Assembly: GCA_030704615.1 (NCBI GenBank)
Contig: CM060733.1
Span: 22,754,001 to 22,818,000, forward strand
Direction of reading: 5' to 3'
DNA length: 64,000 bases
Origin: Takakia lepidozioides
Lineage: Eukaryota; Plantae; Bryophyta
In this document: positions 22,593-34,759 of the stretch, piece by piece
How the letters are laid out: each line of letters begins with the position of its first letter
Numbering within the stretch: position 1 is the first letter of the stretch
Translations under genes and position numbers: made by a program
The notes under the pieces: generated by a model
Told to the model about the DNA's origin: nothing
The model's input: the letters and a program-made list of their open reading frames with translations, nothing else
Database searches by the model: none

Positions 22593-25017
22593 CCATCACT
22601 AGAGGCACAAGGGCAGCAGTGACACCAGTAACCACATGAACATCCCCAACGGCAAGCACTAGTTGTGGGACAAATAAAGATGGAGCTGGGAAATCCACTC
22701 AAGCTCCTGCTGCAGCACCAGCACCAGTGCCTGCCTTTAACCCAGTTCTGGAGTTCTTCGAGGAGTTCAGGAGAAACTATCAGGGGATAAGGACAGAGAA
22801 ATTGCGGAGCTTACAAGAGTTCCAGCGCAAGCCTACTAAGAGTTTGAGGGAGGCTTACACGCGCATGAGGCGATTGATAAATGTAACCCAAGGGGTTACG
22901 GAAGCTCAAGCAGTCCAATGCTGGTATGGGATATTGGACAAGGAGTTGAGGAGAAGGGTGCGGGATGCAACTCTCCTACAAGTGGACCAACCCACCTTAG
23001 CAGAGCGGATAGAACTCAATATCGTGGATGAGCGAGTAGTCATGGAGGGATTTGGTAAAGAGACACAACGAAGTGGGGCTCCTAGCCAACAACAACCACT
23101 ACCCCAACGTGCTCAAGGAAACAAGGGGGCTCAAGCAAAGCCCATGGAAGGACAGAGAAGATCTCAATTGCAGAGGTCTCTTCCTTCATTCTTAGACCAA
23201 CAACAGTCGGGTGTGACATGTTGGGATTGTGGAGGATCCCATGTTAAGAAAGATTGTCCGGAGAGAGACAAATGGCCGGCACAGGCATAGCCTACACAAC
23301 TACAGTGGGCATTGTGACAAGTATGGGCATGAAGAAGCCCATTGTTATGACTTGCATCCTGAGCTACGGCCAGGCCAGTTCCAAGGGAACAATGGTGGCC
23401 GAGGACGAGGCAATGTAGTCCAGAGAGGTAGAGGAGGCAGAAGTCGCGGTGGAGGTCGTAACCGAAACCAAGGAGCACAAGGTCAAGGTCAAGGTCATGA
23501 CCAAGGCATGGTGGATAAGCTTGCCCAGCTAGAGCAACGTCTTGCTACCATGACCACTACTCATGTTGCGCCAGCTCCAAGGCCTGAGTTTCAAGCCCCA
23601 CCTGCACAACCTCCTATACCTAGGGAAGACCAGATTGGTATGGGCTTCATGTGTGGAGCCGCGCTTGCAGGACCATTGCATGTGGACTCTGCGCAACACG
23701 TGCTCCTGAGCCAAGAGGAGCAAATGCGGATTTTGATCCACAAAGGGAGGAAGCAAGTCGACAAACAAGGCTTCCACAGTCTTTCACATTGGCTAAGACA
23801 GTGCCAACTACGCCATCGAAGGTACCTGCTCGACCAAGTATGTCAGAGGTAGAGCCACGAGTGCCAGTGGGGAGAGTTGTTGTGGCTCGGGAAATGCCAG
23901 TGGGTGGTGCTGCAAAGCAAGGTGCAGCCAGTACATTGTTGGGGGCGGCTACGGCTGTTTGTCAAGCTCCATTGTTTTCTGCCACGACAATTGCAATGCC
24001 GGGGATTCAGCCAGCTGCTGTGTTCAGACTAGCAGTTAGACTCTGTGAGAGTGATGATGTATCGGCACTATCTGCGGGGATAACGGATAATGTGCAATGC
24101 ATAGATGCCCTGGATTCAAGGATGAAGACAGCCACAGCTGCACCATGGCAAGCGGCAGCTGCAAGGTTGCAGGAGTTGTCAGCTAGACCAGCCATTGAGC
24201 GTAGTATGGTGACTCCTGGGGTAGTCCAAGTGGACAATCAGGATGGTGTGTTTCAGTTGGGTGGCCCAGCCGGGAGGAGGTATAGGCCACTACGGGTCTT
24301 GTTGGACTCGGGAGCACAACCATTAATGTTGGGAAGAGCAGCAATTGCAAGCTTGGGCCTTATATATGCGTATTTGGAGTCTTGCCCTTTCCAAATTCAA
24401 ACATCTTTGGGTGGTTCAGAGAAGGTACGAGGGATTACACGCCATGAGCTCTTCATTCGATTGCAACCGGATCATCATACGGACGGCTCAGTCATGAGAG
24501 CTAAAGCCATTGTTACGAACGCGATGTCTTATGATATGCTTATTGGTGGGGTGGTGTTATACCCCATGGGATTCACTCTGGACTTTTGGGAGGAAGCGGC
24601 ATCCTACAGGCCGGAATGGCAGTCAGGAGAAGGCCGACGTGCACTGCTCCCAATGCGGTTTATTGGGAATGTAGCGGTGGATCATAGGAACATGATGCCC
24701 AAATTGGCTGCATTTTCAGGGGTGGTGGCTTGGGGTGGTGAGCTCTTGGAGGGCAATAGCCATGCAGATGATAGGCCATCACCTGATGAGGACAAACAAT
24801 TGGCATACAAGACTGATTTGCTTCCTCATGTATCTGTGCATATTCCACTATGGGGTACGGTTGGGAATTTGCATCGAGTAGCAGGCGAGTGTGTGCACCA
24901 AGCATGGTAGGAGGCCTTTCCATTGGTGAGTGGGGGAGTTCAGTGACATCATCTGGACCTCCTGAGTTAGCTCATTTGGACACAGTGCCCATTACCTGGC
25001 AACCACCTGACTCAGGG

Positions 25018-26420
25018 ATTTGTTTGCTAGACTTGTTTGGAGGCATGAGCACTGGGCTTGCAGGAGTGTTGCAAGCAGGGATTAAAGTACGCAAGTACTT
25101 GTATGTGGAGAAGGATGAGATTGTTCGGCGTATTTTTATGTGCCACATCGTCTTGCTCACACACCGGTATCCTAAGTTGTTGCCTCTCTCAGCAATTCAA
25201 GGGTATGAAAAGGCCTTGCCAGCAGACATTACCTTGCTGGGGGCGGATGATTTGGACCGGCATGGTGCCATTGCCTTGGTGATAGCAGGATGGCCTTGTC
25301 AAGGATACTCTCTTGCAGGTCATGGGAATGGCTTGCATGATGCACGATCGCATTTATTTTGGGAGATGTTGCGAGTGTTGCGGGACTTACAAACGATGCA
25401 AGTGCAACCTCTAGGCTATATCTTGGAGAATGTTCCTCTTATGGGGGATTCTCGGGCCAGGGTTATGGCCAGTGTGTATCAGGTGCGATCTTGGATTGGA
25501 TCGGCGGTGCTATTGGATGCAGCGATGGGATCACGCGCGCATCGACCTCGATTGTGGTGGACCAATATTGCACCACCAGAGCTACTCAAGAGAGCATACG
25601 ATTCCATTCAACGGCCACCCAATCTCACGGTTAAGGGCATTTTGGACCAAGAAAGGCAACCACAGAGGGTGCGACATGATGACCGTCCACCTCTAGCAGT
25701 GGTCAATCGAGTAGGGCAGCCACGTGCGGTCTTGCCTACACTCACAAGTTTCCCCTCGTCTCATGCTTTTTGAGACAATGGTCCTGGGTTGATTTGGGAC
25801 AGTGTGCTACAACAATTGGTGGAGCCTAATATGGATGAGCGAGAGCGGGCAATGGGTTTTACCATGGGCACTATAGATGTGCTAGCTCTATCAGAGGTAT
25901 CACGCCGTCAAGTGTTGGGTCAGACAATGGATCTAAATTGCTTGACATGGGTCATTAGCTTGTGCATGGTTGAGCAACGGAGATTGCAAGCATTGGTGGC
26001 TACTTCTGCACTCCCATTGGATAGTGATTCCATTCAACAGCCACCTAATCTCACGGTTGAAGGCAACCACAGAGGGTGCGACATGATGACCGTCCACCTC
26101 TAGCAGTTGTCAATCGAGTGGGGCAGCCACGTGCGGCATTGCCTACACTCATGAGCTTCCCCTCGTCTCATGCTTTCCGAGACAATGGTCCTGGGTTGAT
26201 TTGGGACAGTGTGCTACAACAATTGGTAGAGCCCAATGCGGATGAGCGAGAGCGGGCAATGGGTTTTACCACGGGCACTACAGATGTGCCAACTCTGTTA
26301 GAGGTATCCCGTTGCCCAAGTGTTGGGTCAAGCAATGGATTTAAATTGCTTGACATAGATAATTGGCTTGTGCTTGGCTGAGCAACAGAGATTGCAAGCA
26401 TTGATGGCTACTTCTACACT
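25018..26420 (+). pseudogene. DNMT3-like domain of the outer element, with tandem duplication of its C-terminal part
   Basis: LLDLFGGM, AGWPCQG, ILENV, AHRPRLWWTN and VLGQTMD are present; about 25600-26020 is repeated at about 26025-26430. Confidence 0.88.
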
Positions 26421-27009
26421 CCCATTGGATGGTGCATCCTCCCTGCCAACCGGGACGGTTGAGGCAGTGAGTGGGGGCGAGCACAGGATCGTGGGTTGCA
26501 AACACCCATAGCAGATGTGGGATGAGATGCGCAAAGAGAGAGTCATTGGATCTCTCAAGCAGCAGTATGAGGAGTGGGGAGAGCCATGGACTGAGGATCA
26601 GTTGGAGGCCAAGGTAGCCAAGGTTTTTGAAGAGGTTGAGAATGTTTCTTGCTCAGAGGATGTTCTCAAGGTGGCTATGGCGGAGCAAGTGGAGGCTACA
26701 CCACAGTCAGATTGGGCGGACAAAGTCCAAGAGGTTGTTATCTAGCAACCAAAGGATTCGTCTCCTACCTCCAAGCCTGGTGTACCCAAGGTTGCAGTCA
26801 CTGAGGACAATTGGGAACCAGATGTTGGACCTACAGTCACCGGAGGAGAGAGACGGAAGGCCAACAATTTCTAAGGGCTTATAGAAATTGCTTTGCCTTC
26901 GGTTTGAAGGATTTGGGGAGTTTGAAGGGTCAGGAGATTCGTATTGATTTGGCAAGTGACACGCCAATCTTTCGAAGGCCCTACCGGTACAGTGATATGG
27001 AGAGGTCAT

Positions 27010-27540
27010 CACTACAGCAAATGGGGGGGGGGGGGTTTGCGACGCCAGCCGCGCCCCCACCCCCCGCGCGGCGCCGAGCGTACGACGCCGGGCCGTCGCA
27101 GCCAAACCCCGCAGGTCGCCACCTGGCGCCGGGGCCAGGCGGCGACTCTTGGCCGTCGCACGGAGTGATGAAGGGCAAATGACAGCCCTTCTGTGTGACG
27201 TCCAAGCGTCGCCCCAACGAAGGACAGAAGGCAGCCCTTTCTAGCGATGGCCGGTCGTCGCACGCCGGAAAATAAAAAACCCTTTCTTGCCATTTCTTTC
27301 ATCGCAGCCCTTTCTTGCGACGCTAGGCCGTCGCATGGTGGCATGAAGGGCAAAAGGCCCTTACAACGGCCGGGCGTCGCAAGCTGCCCGGCTGCCCGGC
27401 TGCCCTATTCTTGCAAAAAACAAAACGGGTCACAGTTTGGGATGGCTGGCCGTCGCCGTTTGCGACCCCCGGCCTCATAAACCTAAAAACCGCGTCACAA
27501 GTGGCGACACATGGGAGTCGCAGGCAGCGACGGCAGGGCT
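27010..27540 (+). mobile_element. Left end of a CACTA/EnSpm-type element
   Basis: Gypsy RT homology stops abruptly at CACTACAGCAAA, followed by dense GCGAC/GTCGC subterminal repeats in both orientations. No partner end found. Confidence 0.7.
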
Positions 27541-27541
27541 T

Positions 27542-28566
27542 TGTCGTGCTTCCGGAACCGGGACGACTGCCCATTTGGAGGCATCGATTATGCAATGTAT
27601 TCGGCCACATCGGGAGACATTGTTATCTGGTACACAGATTACACAGAAGATACTGGTTCGATTGTAGAAACATTGGTGGCTTTTGAGTATATCCTAGGCC
27701 ACTACGCCTTCGAGCGGGGTGACGATCTTGGTCTGAGGAGTCCGTGGCTCCTGCGCATCCTCGATTCCGATTTTCCCAGCTACGACGGTCACCCATGCAG
27801 AAGAAGGCGCACTGCTATGCTGTTGCGGTGGAACTGCTGCCACTGGACGTGGGTGGACTCCATCGGAGAGACCTATTCTCCTCAAGGAGTGTGCTCCTCT
27901 TTTCCATTGTATGGGGACATTCGCATTGGTGTGGACGACGAAAACGTGAAGATTTCCATATTCGATGGTGGTATGATTGAAGGGCAGGACATTGTGGTGA
28001 ACATCACTAGGGGCGGTACAACGGCTGCAATCGACTTTACATGGAGGAGCCCCATGACTCATGAGCTAGTTCTGAGAGCAGTCGAAGTCCCATTGACAAC
28101 GTGACTTGTATTCAGTAGGCACAGGGCTAAAGATTTGATGGCACAATCAGCACAGTAGACGTGCTTCAAATGCAATTCATGTGGATCAATAAAACCTCAT
28201 TGTGCCCTCTTTTTATTCTATTCTGTGTCCATCGTTCCCAGAATGCGTCATTGCTCATTTCGTTTGGGATTGGGAGTGTGGGTGGATTTTGCAAGTGGCT
28301 GGTAGGCTGAAATGGGCCCCCATTGTACAGAGCAGTACCACCCTACCATTCGCGAAACATTGCCTTTCAATATATAATTCTAAATAACATTGCCAAACCT
28401 CCTTCATCGGGAGGTCCTTCTCCCCCTATGACCGTGGCACCCTAAACCCTATTCCCGCGGACACTCATTTCCGAAAAATAGTGCTGCTCATGTGTTTTTC
28501 CACACTTACGACTCTGCTCATGGCTCATGCCGCTCATGGCTCATGGCTCATGAAATAGCAGCCCCC
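27542..28566 (+). mobile_element. Mutator-like family piece M2, a near-identical copy of 33741-34749
   Basis: Same cargo ORF (27542-28104, start codon lost) and 3' region, and the terminus CATGAAATAGCAGCCCCC abutting Gypsy pol sequence. Confidence 0.85.
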
Positions 28567-30890
28567 CTCTATCGGGTATATGATCTTAGCCTCAGCCAAC
28601 TTCTTGATCTCCTCCCCAACCTTCTGTGCATAGTTGGGATTCATTCTGTACCTTGCCTGTTTGATTGGTACTGACCCTGGTTCTAGTTCAATCTTATGCT
28701 GACAGATCTCAGGTGGTATCCCTTTCAGATCCTCATAGCTCCAAGCAAATACATCTCTGTATTTGATGAATAGACTCTTAGCTTCCTCAAAGAATTCTAG
28801 TTCCAAGTCAGCCCCTACTTTCACCACTCTCAGTTCCTTTTTAGTTCTCACATTCACTTCTCTCACTTGCTCATCAGCTGTGATTGTCCAACCAGTCACT
28901 ACTTCATCTTGTAAACTTACAGTGGCTGGTTCTTCTAGGATTGCCATTTCCCCCTCTCTTTCCTCATAGAAATGTGGTGGGTAACTGCTTGTTTCCCCCT
29001 CAATTGGTGTTGTTGTTACTACACCACAGCAGATACCTTTTAAACAACTTAGGCCTTCCAGTTGCATTTCTGCAACCTGCTCCCACTCTGGGTGTGCAGC
29101 GAATAGGGTAGCTTCCTGCACCTCATCAAGTCATTTTCTCCAGTCATACTCTCTGACTCCTTGAGGTCTTCTCGCAGCAGGTAGTCTACTAGATTTCTTA
29201 GTGGTGATTTGTATCTTGCGCTTCCCATCATGCACAGTTAGTAACTGGGAATTCCAGTCATGGAATACCCTGGCTTGTTTCAGCCATGGTCGACCCAGCA
29301 ATAAGGAGTAAGCTTCCATGATACATTCTCCCCTCCTTCTTTGTCTTCCGTTTCAGAAACTGGAGTTCCTGCTTTTGGTGTTCCATGCCAACTCTTATCA
29401 AAGATTTCTGTCAAATCTTTTATCCAGGGATATACCTCAGATCTCTCCCCTCGTGCCTGATCTTCTTCCTGTACCAAATCCCTTAATCTTTCTTGTAAAG
29501 AATAAGAAGGAGTGGCATCCAACTCTGGTTCCTCCGGTATGGGTGATGTACTCTCTGATCTTAATGGTGTGAGAGGTCCAGATGACTCCCTTATGTCTAT
29601 TCCTCTCTCCCAAAGATATGGATAATTAGCTTTCAAATAACTCTCTCTCTTTGCTGAATATCTTTGAAGTCTAGCTTCTCTTTCATCACTCATGTCCCAT
29701 GTCTTTCATATCTTCAATGAGGCGATAACCAAAACTCTCTTCTGTAGTATCTCTCGTATATGCCTGGGTTTCTTTCAAGCTTCAAAGCACCCTTGGCTAT
29801 ACTAGAAGTCTCTGTTACCATATATCCATATGGCAAGCACGTCTGAAAAGCTGTTCTTGGTGTCAGTTTGATCCACAGGTATCCTTAGGAATCCAATTCT
29901 TTACCAGTACAAGCTCTTCATGCATATGAGTGTAAACATTCACTTTCCTTTCCTCCCAGCCTTCAAACTCCACTCGTTTTATGGATAGCATTGCTATCAC
30001 ATAAACCAGTGTTGGTAACCAACGTGCTCTTCCTCTACAGGCCACTTGATAAATCTTTATCACTCCTTTCTCCAGACCCCACTCAGGATCTGCATCATGC
30101 ACTCTCTTAAGAATGTTTTCTTTGCAACCGTCTGGCAGTTCCAAGAACCTTTGAAAGAATTGTTTGGACAATCTTTCCTTCTCAGTTCCATAGGGAATTT
30201 GATTCACATCAAATTCTTTAATTCTCCAACCACCATGATCCCACCAGATGTCTGTCACATCTGGTTGTTCTTGACCCAGTTCCCCAGCATGGTCGCCAAA
30301 TGTCGAGCGGCTTTTACCCACCCATCCCTTTGCTATCCGAGGAGGGAACTCCAAGATAGAAGAGTTGGATATCTCTAAGCACTCAGCCCGTTCAGAACAA
30401 TCAGTCAGGACCTACATATAATGTATCATGGTAGTGCTTCTTGTTTGTATTCCTTCTTGCCTTCATATCAGTATATTACCTTACTGTTTATATTTGAGTA
30501 ACAGATTGCTTCAGTAATCTATCAGGTTCCGATTGCTCAACCATTCATTCCACAGCTTTACTCAGTTATCTCTACACGGTGTGGGTAAGGAAGGTGTATC
30601 ATATTAATCTCCGTTCAGTATCAGGCCGTAGTGTCTTTAATCTGTTCCACAGTATGATTCTACAGCTTGCATGTATCAAGTATCGATCCAATCATCTTCC
30701 CATCTTCGCCGTGTTCCCTATCCTTGGTTCTGTTCCCGCTCTCCACTTCATATCTTCCACTCCTGACGAAGAAATGCTCCCCAAGAAGTGATCCCCTTCC
30801 TGTTGCTCCTCCGCCTAATCTACCCGCAAGCTGTTCTAACCACCTAACTAACTAACTGTCACCCCTGAAATAACATGTTCCCTCTGTCTC
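28567..30890 (-). mobile_element. Partial inverted copy of the second Gypsy family (part of LTR, PBS, ORF0, gag start, internal deletion near 29320, pre-RT region)
   Basis: Translations match ORFs 36715, 37434 and 38090. LTR end and PBS are at 30281-30310. Confidence 0.9.
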
Positions 30891-31530
30891 CTCGGATTCG
30901 TCGGAGTCCGAGGAAGACACAGTGGACATTGATGCGGAGGAGAACCCGGAATACGAGTGAGTGCAAACATTGTAAGATTGCAAAGCCTTCTGGGTCATTT
31001 TTGTCAAACGAATTTCCCGACTGTGGTTCTCATTAGTCTCGTTGATGATTGTCATGTGCAGGATTGCAGGGTCCGGGTCGAAACATGTAGGGCCTACACT
31101 TCCTGCCAGGAAGAATGTCCCGTTCTTTGCGAGGGCCGACTTCATGACGAGCCCGGTGAGGGACTACTCCCTTCCTAGTTATGCAGCTAAACTCGCAAAT
31201 ACAGCGATTAGAAGAAGTGAGAATCCCAGTAAAGTAGAGCAGATTTTGGAGAGGGCTAGGGAGGACAGAAGGATAAGGAAAGAGTTGGCAGCAGCTCAGA
31301 CAGGTAGACGGGTACGAAAGTACATATGTGATTCAGCGGATGAGAGCGACGCAGACAGGCAGGAAGACGACCCAACGGAGGTGAGATGGACAGTTCCGCA
31401 AGGGGAAGATGGGATTTTCGAAAGCTTGGCCAACAAGCAGTCCGCTGGAGATGAGAAAGGCACTGAGGGGGTGGAGGCGGAGCAGGACAGTCTAGAACAG
31501 GATGAGGATTCGGATGATTTTCAAGATTAA
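30890..31530 (+). pseudogene. 3'-terminal exons homologous to the end of the ParB/MTase-like gene
   Basis: NVPFFARADFMTSPVRDYSLPSYAAKLA and EVRWTVPQGEDGIFE match the minus-strand translation of 55773-56230. A GT-AG intron at about 30956-31061 lies at an equivalent position. Confidence 0.7.
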
Positions 31531-31664
31531 TAGAATTTTAATGAAGTCTCTGTAAATGTAAATTCTCTTCCAGAGTATATAAAGGAAATTCTGCCCGACA
31601 TTCGTGACCCCTCTCCAGTGTGCATTCCAGCCACACAATCGCCCAAACCACGACGCTCCCAAAA

Positions 31665-32352
31665 TCAGAAATGGGGCACCGCATTTCCAAAACAGGGGAG
31701 GGACTAAATTTTCCATTTCAATGTTGGCAGAATAAAAAGTAATCGGCCGATTGGAAATGCGGTGCCGCATTTCCAAAATTTCCTTTGTCCACACGCCAGT
31801 TTTGGCCTCTCCCGCTCATTGCATGGATGCCACCACGCTTACAGAGGTCGAACAAGGAGGTCGAACAAGGAGGTCGAGATGGCGGAATTGGAAATGCGGT
31901 GCCGCATTTCCATATTGGGGATGGTCGTTGTTCGAACTGCAGGCCCATCAGCAAAAATTGGCACCGCATTCCATTGTAAAAAAAAAGTCGATGACGGACA
32001 TGGAAATGCGGCGCCGCATTTCCAGAACGGACATCGCAATTTGTCCATTTGCAGACCCTCTCACGGAAATGCGGTAACGCATTCCATCGCGTTGGTCGGA
32101 AATGGCACACTTTTCGAAGTGTTGGACGGAAATGCGGCACCGCATTCCCTTGTCCAAAAAGAAGTTTCCATTGCCAAGCTGGAAATGCGTCGCCGCATTT
32201 GCAATGCCAATCTCGTTGTCTGTCCAATTTATAGACCCGTGTTGGTATTTCATGTACCTGGACGGAAATGATGCACCGCATTTCATTGTCCGACACTGAA
32301 ATGCGGTTCATACATTTCCATGTCGGCGTGGAAATTCGGCACCGCATTTCGA
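31665..32352. repeat. Array of about 11 GGAAATGCGG-NN-CCGCATTTCC palindromes with non-repetitive spacers
   Basis: Central hexamers start at 31675, 31761, 31898, 31960, 32010, 32073, 32136, 32189, 32272, 32305 and 32338. Confidence 0.9.
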
Positions 32353-32606
32353 TGCCGACATGGCGTTACTCTGGTATATTCTTGACACATGACTCTCATA
32401 CCGGTTACTCTGCTATATTCATCCGGACAGACACATTGTAGAAATGAGACATCAAATCGTAAACAGTGGGCCAATTCCGACAGTTATTCAACAGAATGAA
32501 ACACAATCATACAGAAGTGAGGTACGATGGGTTTATTGATCGGACACGATGTCTCACATTTACCAACTGCAGACAAAACTAAGCCCTTCCTCCTTCTACA
32601 TGGGCT

Positions 32607-33185
32607 TCACCAAGTCGACGGAACTTTGATACCCCTCAAAACAAGCTCATCACTGCTGCGGCACCTCGAGGTAAACTGCAATTCGGTCGTTCTGCTGCCC
32701 TTGCTGGAGCCGACGACAATGTCATGTCCATCAATGATACCACCATCATACATTGACAAGGTCACTGTGGGCCTCATGTGCCCGTGCGATTCGTCTTCGC
32801 AACTCAGCCGAATGTCTCCATACACTGGAAGAGCGGAGTGATCTGCACGTATATAGTTTTCCCCGGTGCCGTCCTCCCTGGTCCACTGGCAGCAGTTCCA
32901 GCGCCAAAGCGAGGCCGTGCGTGATCTGTCCGGCATCCCTTTCCAGCTTGGTATATCGAGGTCAACAATTTTCAGGACCCACGGACCGCATTGACCCTCG
33001 CCCTCACCTCGCTCAAAGCGGTAATAGCCCTCCAGATACTCCATTGCGCGCAAAGACTCTTGCTTGATTCCAGCAGCGTCTGTGAAAACAGAGAGCCAGA
33101 CAATGATGTCTCCTGATTCTGGTTTGAACATAGCATAATCGTGGCCATGATAAGGGCAATCGGCTGGATTTCGGCGGCACGGCAT
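32607..33185 (-). CDS. Unknown 192-aa cargo protein (paralogue Xa)
   Basis: Intact ORF that aligns end to end with 33740-34303 (DCP..G.DYAM...SGDI..W, PW.L.I.D.D.PS, RWNCC.WT, P.YGDIR, DGG.I.G.DIVV, ELVLR). Confidence 0.75.
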   Translation of the reverse strand: MPCRRNPADCPYHGHDYAMFKPESGDIIVWLSVFTDAAGIKQESLRAMEYLEGYYRFERGEGEGQCGPWVLKIVDLDIPSWKGMPDRSRTASLWRWNCCQWTREDGTGENYIRADHSALPVYGDIRLSCEDESHGHMRPTVTLSMYDGGIIDGHDIVVGSSKGSRTTELQFTSRCRSSDELVLRGIKVPSTW

Positions 33186-33739
33186 CCTTGAAAAAGAGTA
33201 GCGGAGTACGCTCAATAACAGCAGCTCCCGGATGGAGGAGGAGCAGCGCGGTGGCTGGAAAAAGTTCAAGCTAACGCTGCAATTCCTCACAAACACTCCA
33301 GGGCACATTTAAATTTCCCCCTACAGGATCCTGGACCGATGAAGATTGGCTGCTTCATGAATGTAGCCGTTTCAGTTTTCTACCCTGCCATGCAAACTAT
33401 GGGCACTCACTGCCAGGTGGGCCGATAGCCACTGGACTTGACGAAGTCCATCCCCTCTTCGATGTAAATGCGGCGCCGAATTTCCATCCGGGGGGATGGA
33501 CTTCGGTGGCAGATCTCAAACTATAACTTGTTGATGAGAAAGATGTATGGGTTCATCCACCGCCGGCGTGATGAACACGTTCCACCTCCGTCGGTGGGTA
33601 CGTGGGACCCAGATGCTCCATTATTGGAGGCCGGACTGCTCTTCCGCTTCGCATCATTCCAAAATCTAAGGGCTTCGTAGCTGTCCGCAAGGTCATTGTC
33701 ATCTGCATCCAAGTTGTCCTCAGGTCCTCCTTTGCAAGG

Positions 33740-34303
33740 ATGTCGTGCTTCCGGAACCGGGATGACTGCCCATTTGGAGGCATCGATTATGCAATGTATT
33801 CGGCCACATCGGGAGACATTGTTATCTGGTACACAGATTACACAGAAGATACTGGTTCGATTGTGGAAACATTGGTGGCTTTTGAGTATATTCTAGGCCA
33901 CTACGCCTTCGAGCAGGGTGACGATCTTGGTCTGAGGAGTCCGTGGCTCCTGCGCATCCTCGATTCCGATTTTCCCAGCTACGACGGTCACCCATGCAGA
34001 AGAAGGCGCACTGCTATGCTGTTGCGATGGAACTGCTGCCACTGGACGTGGGTGGACTCCATCGGAGAGACCTATTCTCCTGAAGGAATGCGCTCCTCTT
34101 TTCCATTGTATGGGGACATTCGCATTGGTGTGGACGACGAAAACGTGAAGATTTCCATATTCGATGGTGGTATGATTGAAGGGCAGGACATTGTGGTGAA
34201 CATCACTAGGGGCGGTACAACGGCTGCAATCAACTTTACATGGAGGAGCCCCATGACTCATGAGCTAGTTCTGAGAGCAGTCGAAGTCCCATTGACAACG
34301 TGA
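33740..34303 (+). CDS. Unknown 187-aa cargo protein (paralogue Xb)
   Basis: Intact ORF sharing the CAAGGATG start context with Xa, with AATAAA downstream near 34387. A second copy is at 27542-28104. Confidence 0.75.
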   Translation: MSCFRNRDDCPFGGIDYAMYSATSGDIVIWYTDYTEDTGSIVETLVAFEYILGHYAFEQGDDLGLRSPWLLRILDSDFPSYDGHPCRRRRTAMLLRWNCCHWTWVDSIGETYSPEGMRSSFPLYGDIRIGVDDENVKISIFDGGMIEGQDIVVNITRGGTTAAINFTWRSPMTHELVLRAVEVPLTT

Positions 34304-34759
34304 CTTGTATTCAGTAGGCACAGGGCTAAAGATTTGATTGCACAATCAGCACAGTAGATGTGCTTCAAATGCAATTCATGTGGATCAATAAAACCTCATT
34401 GTGCCCTCTTTTTATTCTATTCTGTGTCCATCGTTCCCAGAATGCGTCATTGCTCATTTCGTTTGGGATTGGGAGTGTGGGTGGATTTTGCAAGTGGCTG
34501 GTAGGCTGAAATGGGCCCCCATTGTACAGAGCAGTACCACCCTACCATTCGCGAAACATTGCCTTTCAATATATAATTCTAAATAACATTGTCGAACCTC
34601 CTTCATCGGGAGGTCCTTCTCCCCCTATGACCGTGGCACCCTAAACCCTATTCCCGCGGACACTCATTTCCGGAAAATAGTGCTGCTCATGTTTTTTTCC
34701 ACACTTACGACTCTGCTCATGGCTCATGGCTCATGAAATAGCAGCCCCCTCATGAAACG

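Larger units (their letters stand above)
8938..27009 (+). mobile_element. Outer, degenerate DNMT-carrying Ty3/Gypsy element, split by the inner element and truncated at the start of RT
   Basis: Gag 10087-10541 resumes at 22593 (SPDYIS|ITRG). Protease LLDSGAQPLML near 24300, DNMT at 25018-25960 and the RT start near 26900 are colinear with the inner element. Multiple stops and frameshifts; 5' boundary uncertain. Confidence 0.85.
30890..34749 (+). mobile_element. Mutator-like family piece M3 (cargo end)
   Basis: Last exons of a homologue of the 55773-61430 gene, a palindrome array, two divergent paralogous ORFs and the terminus ending GCAGCCCCC at 34749. Confidence 0.8.
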
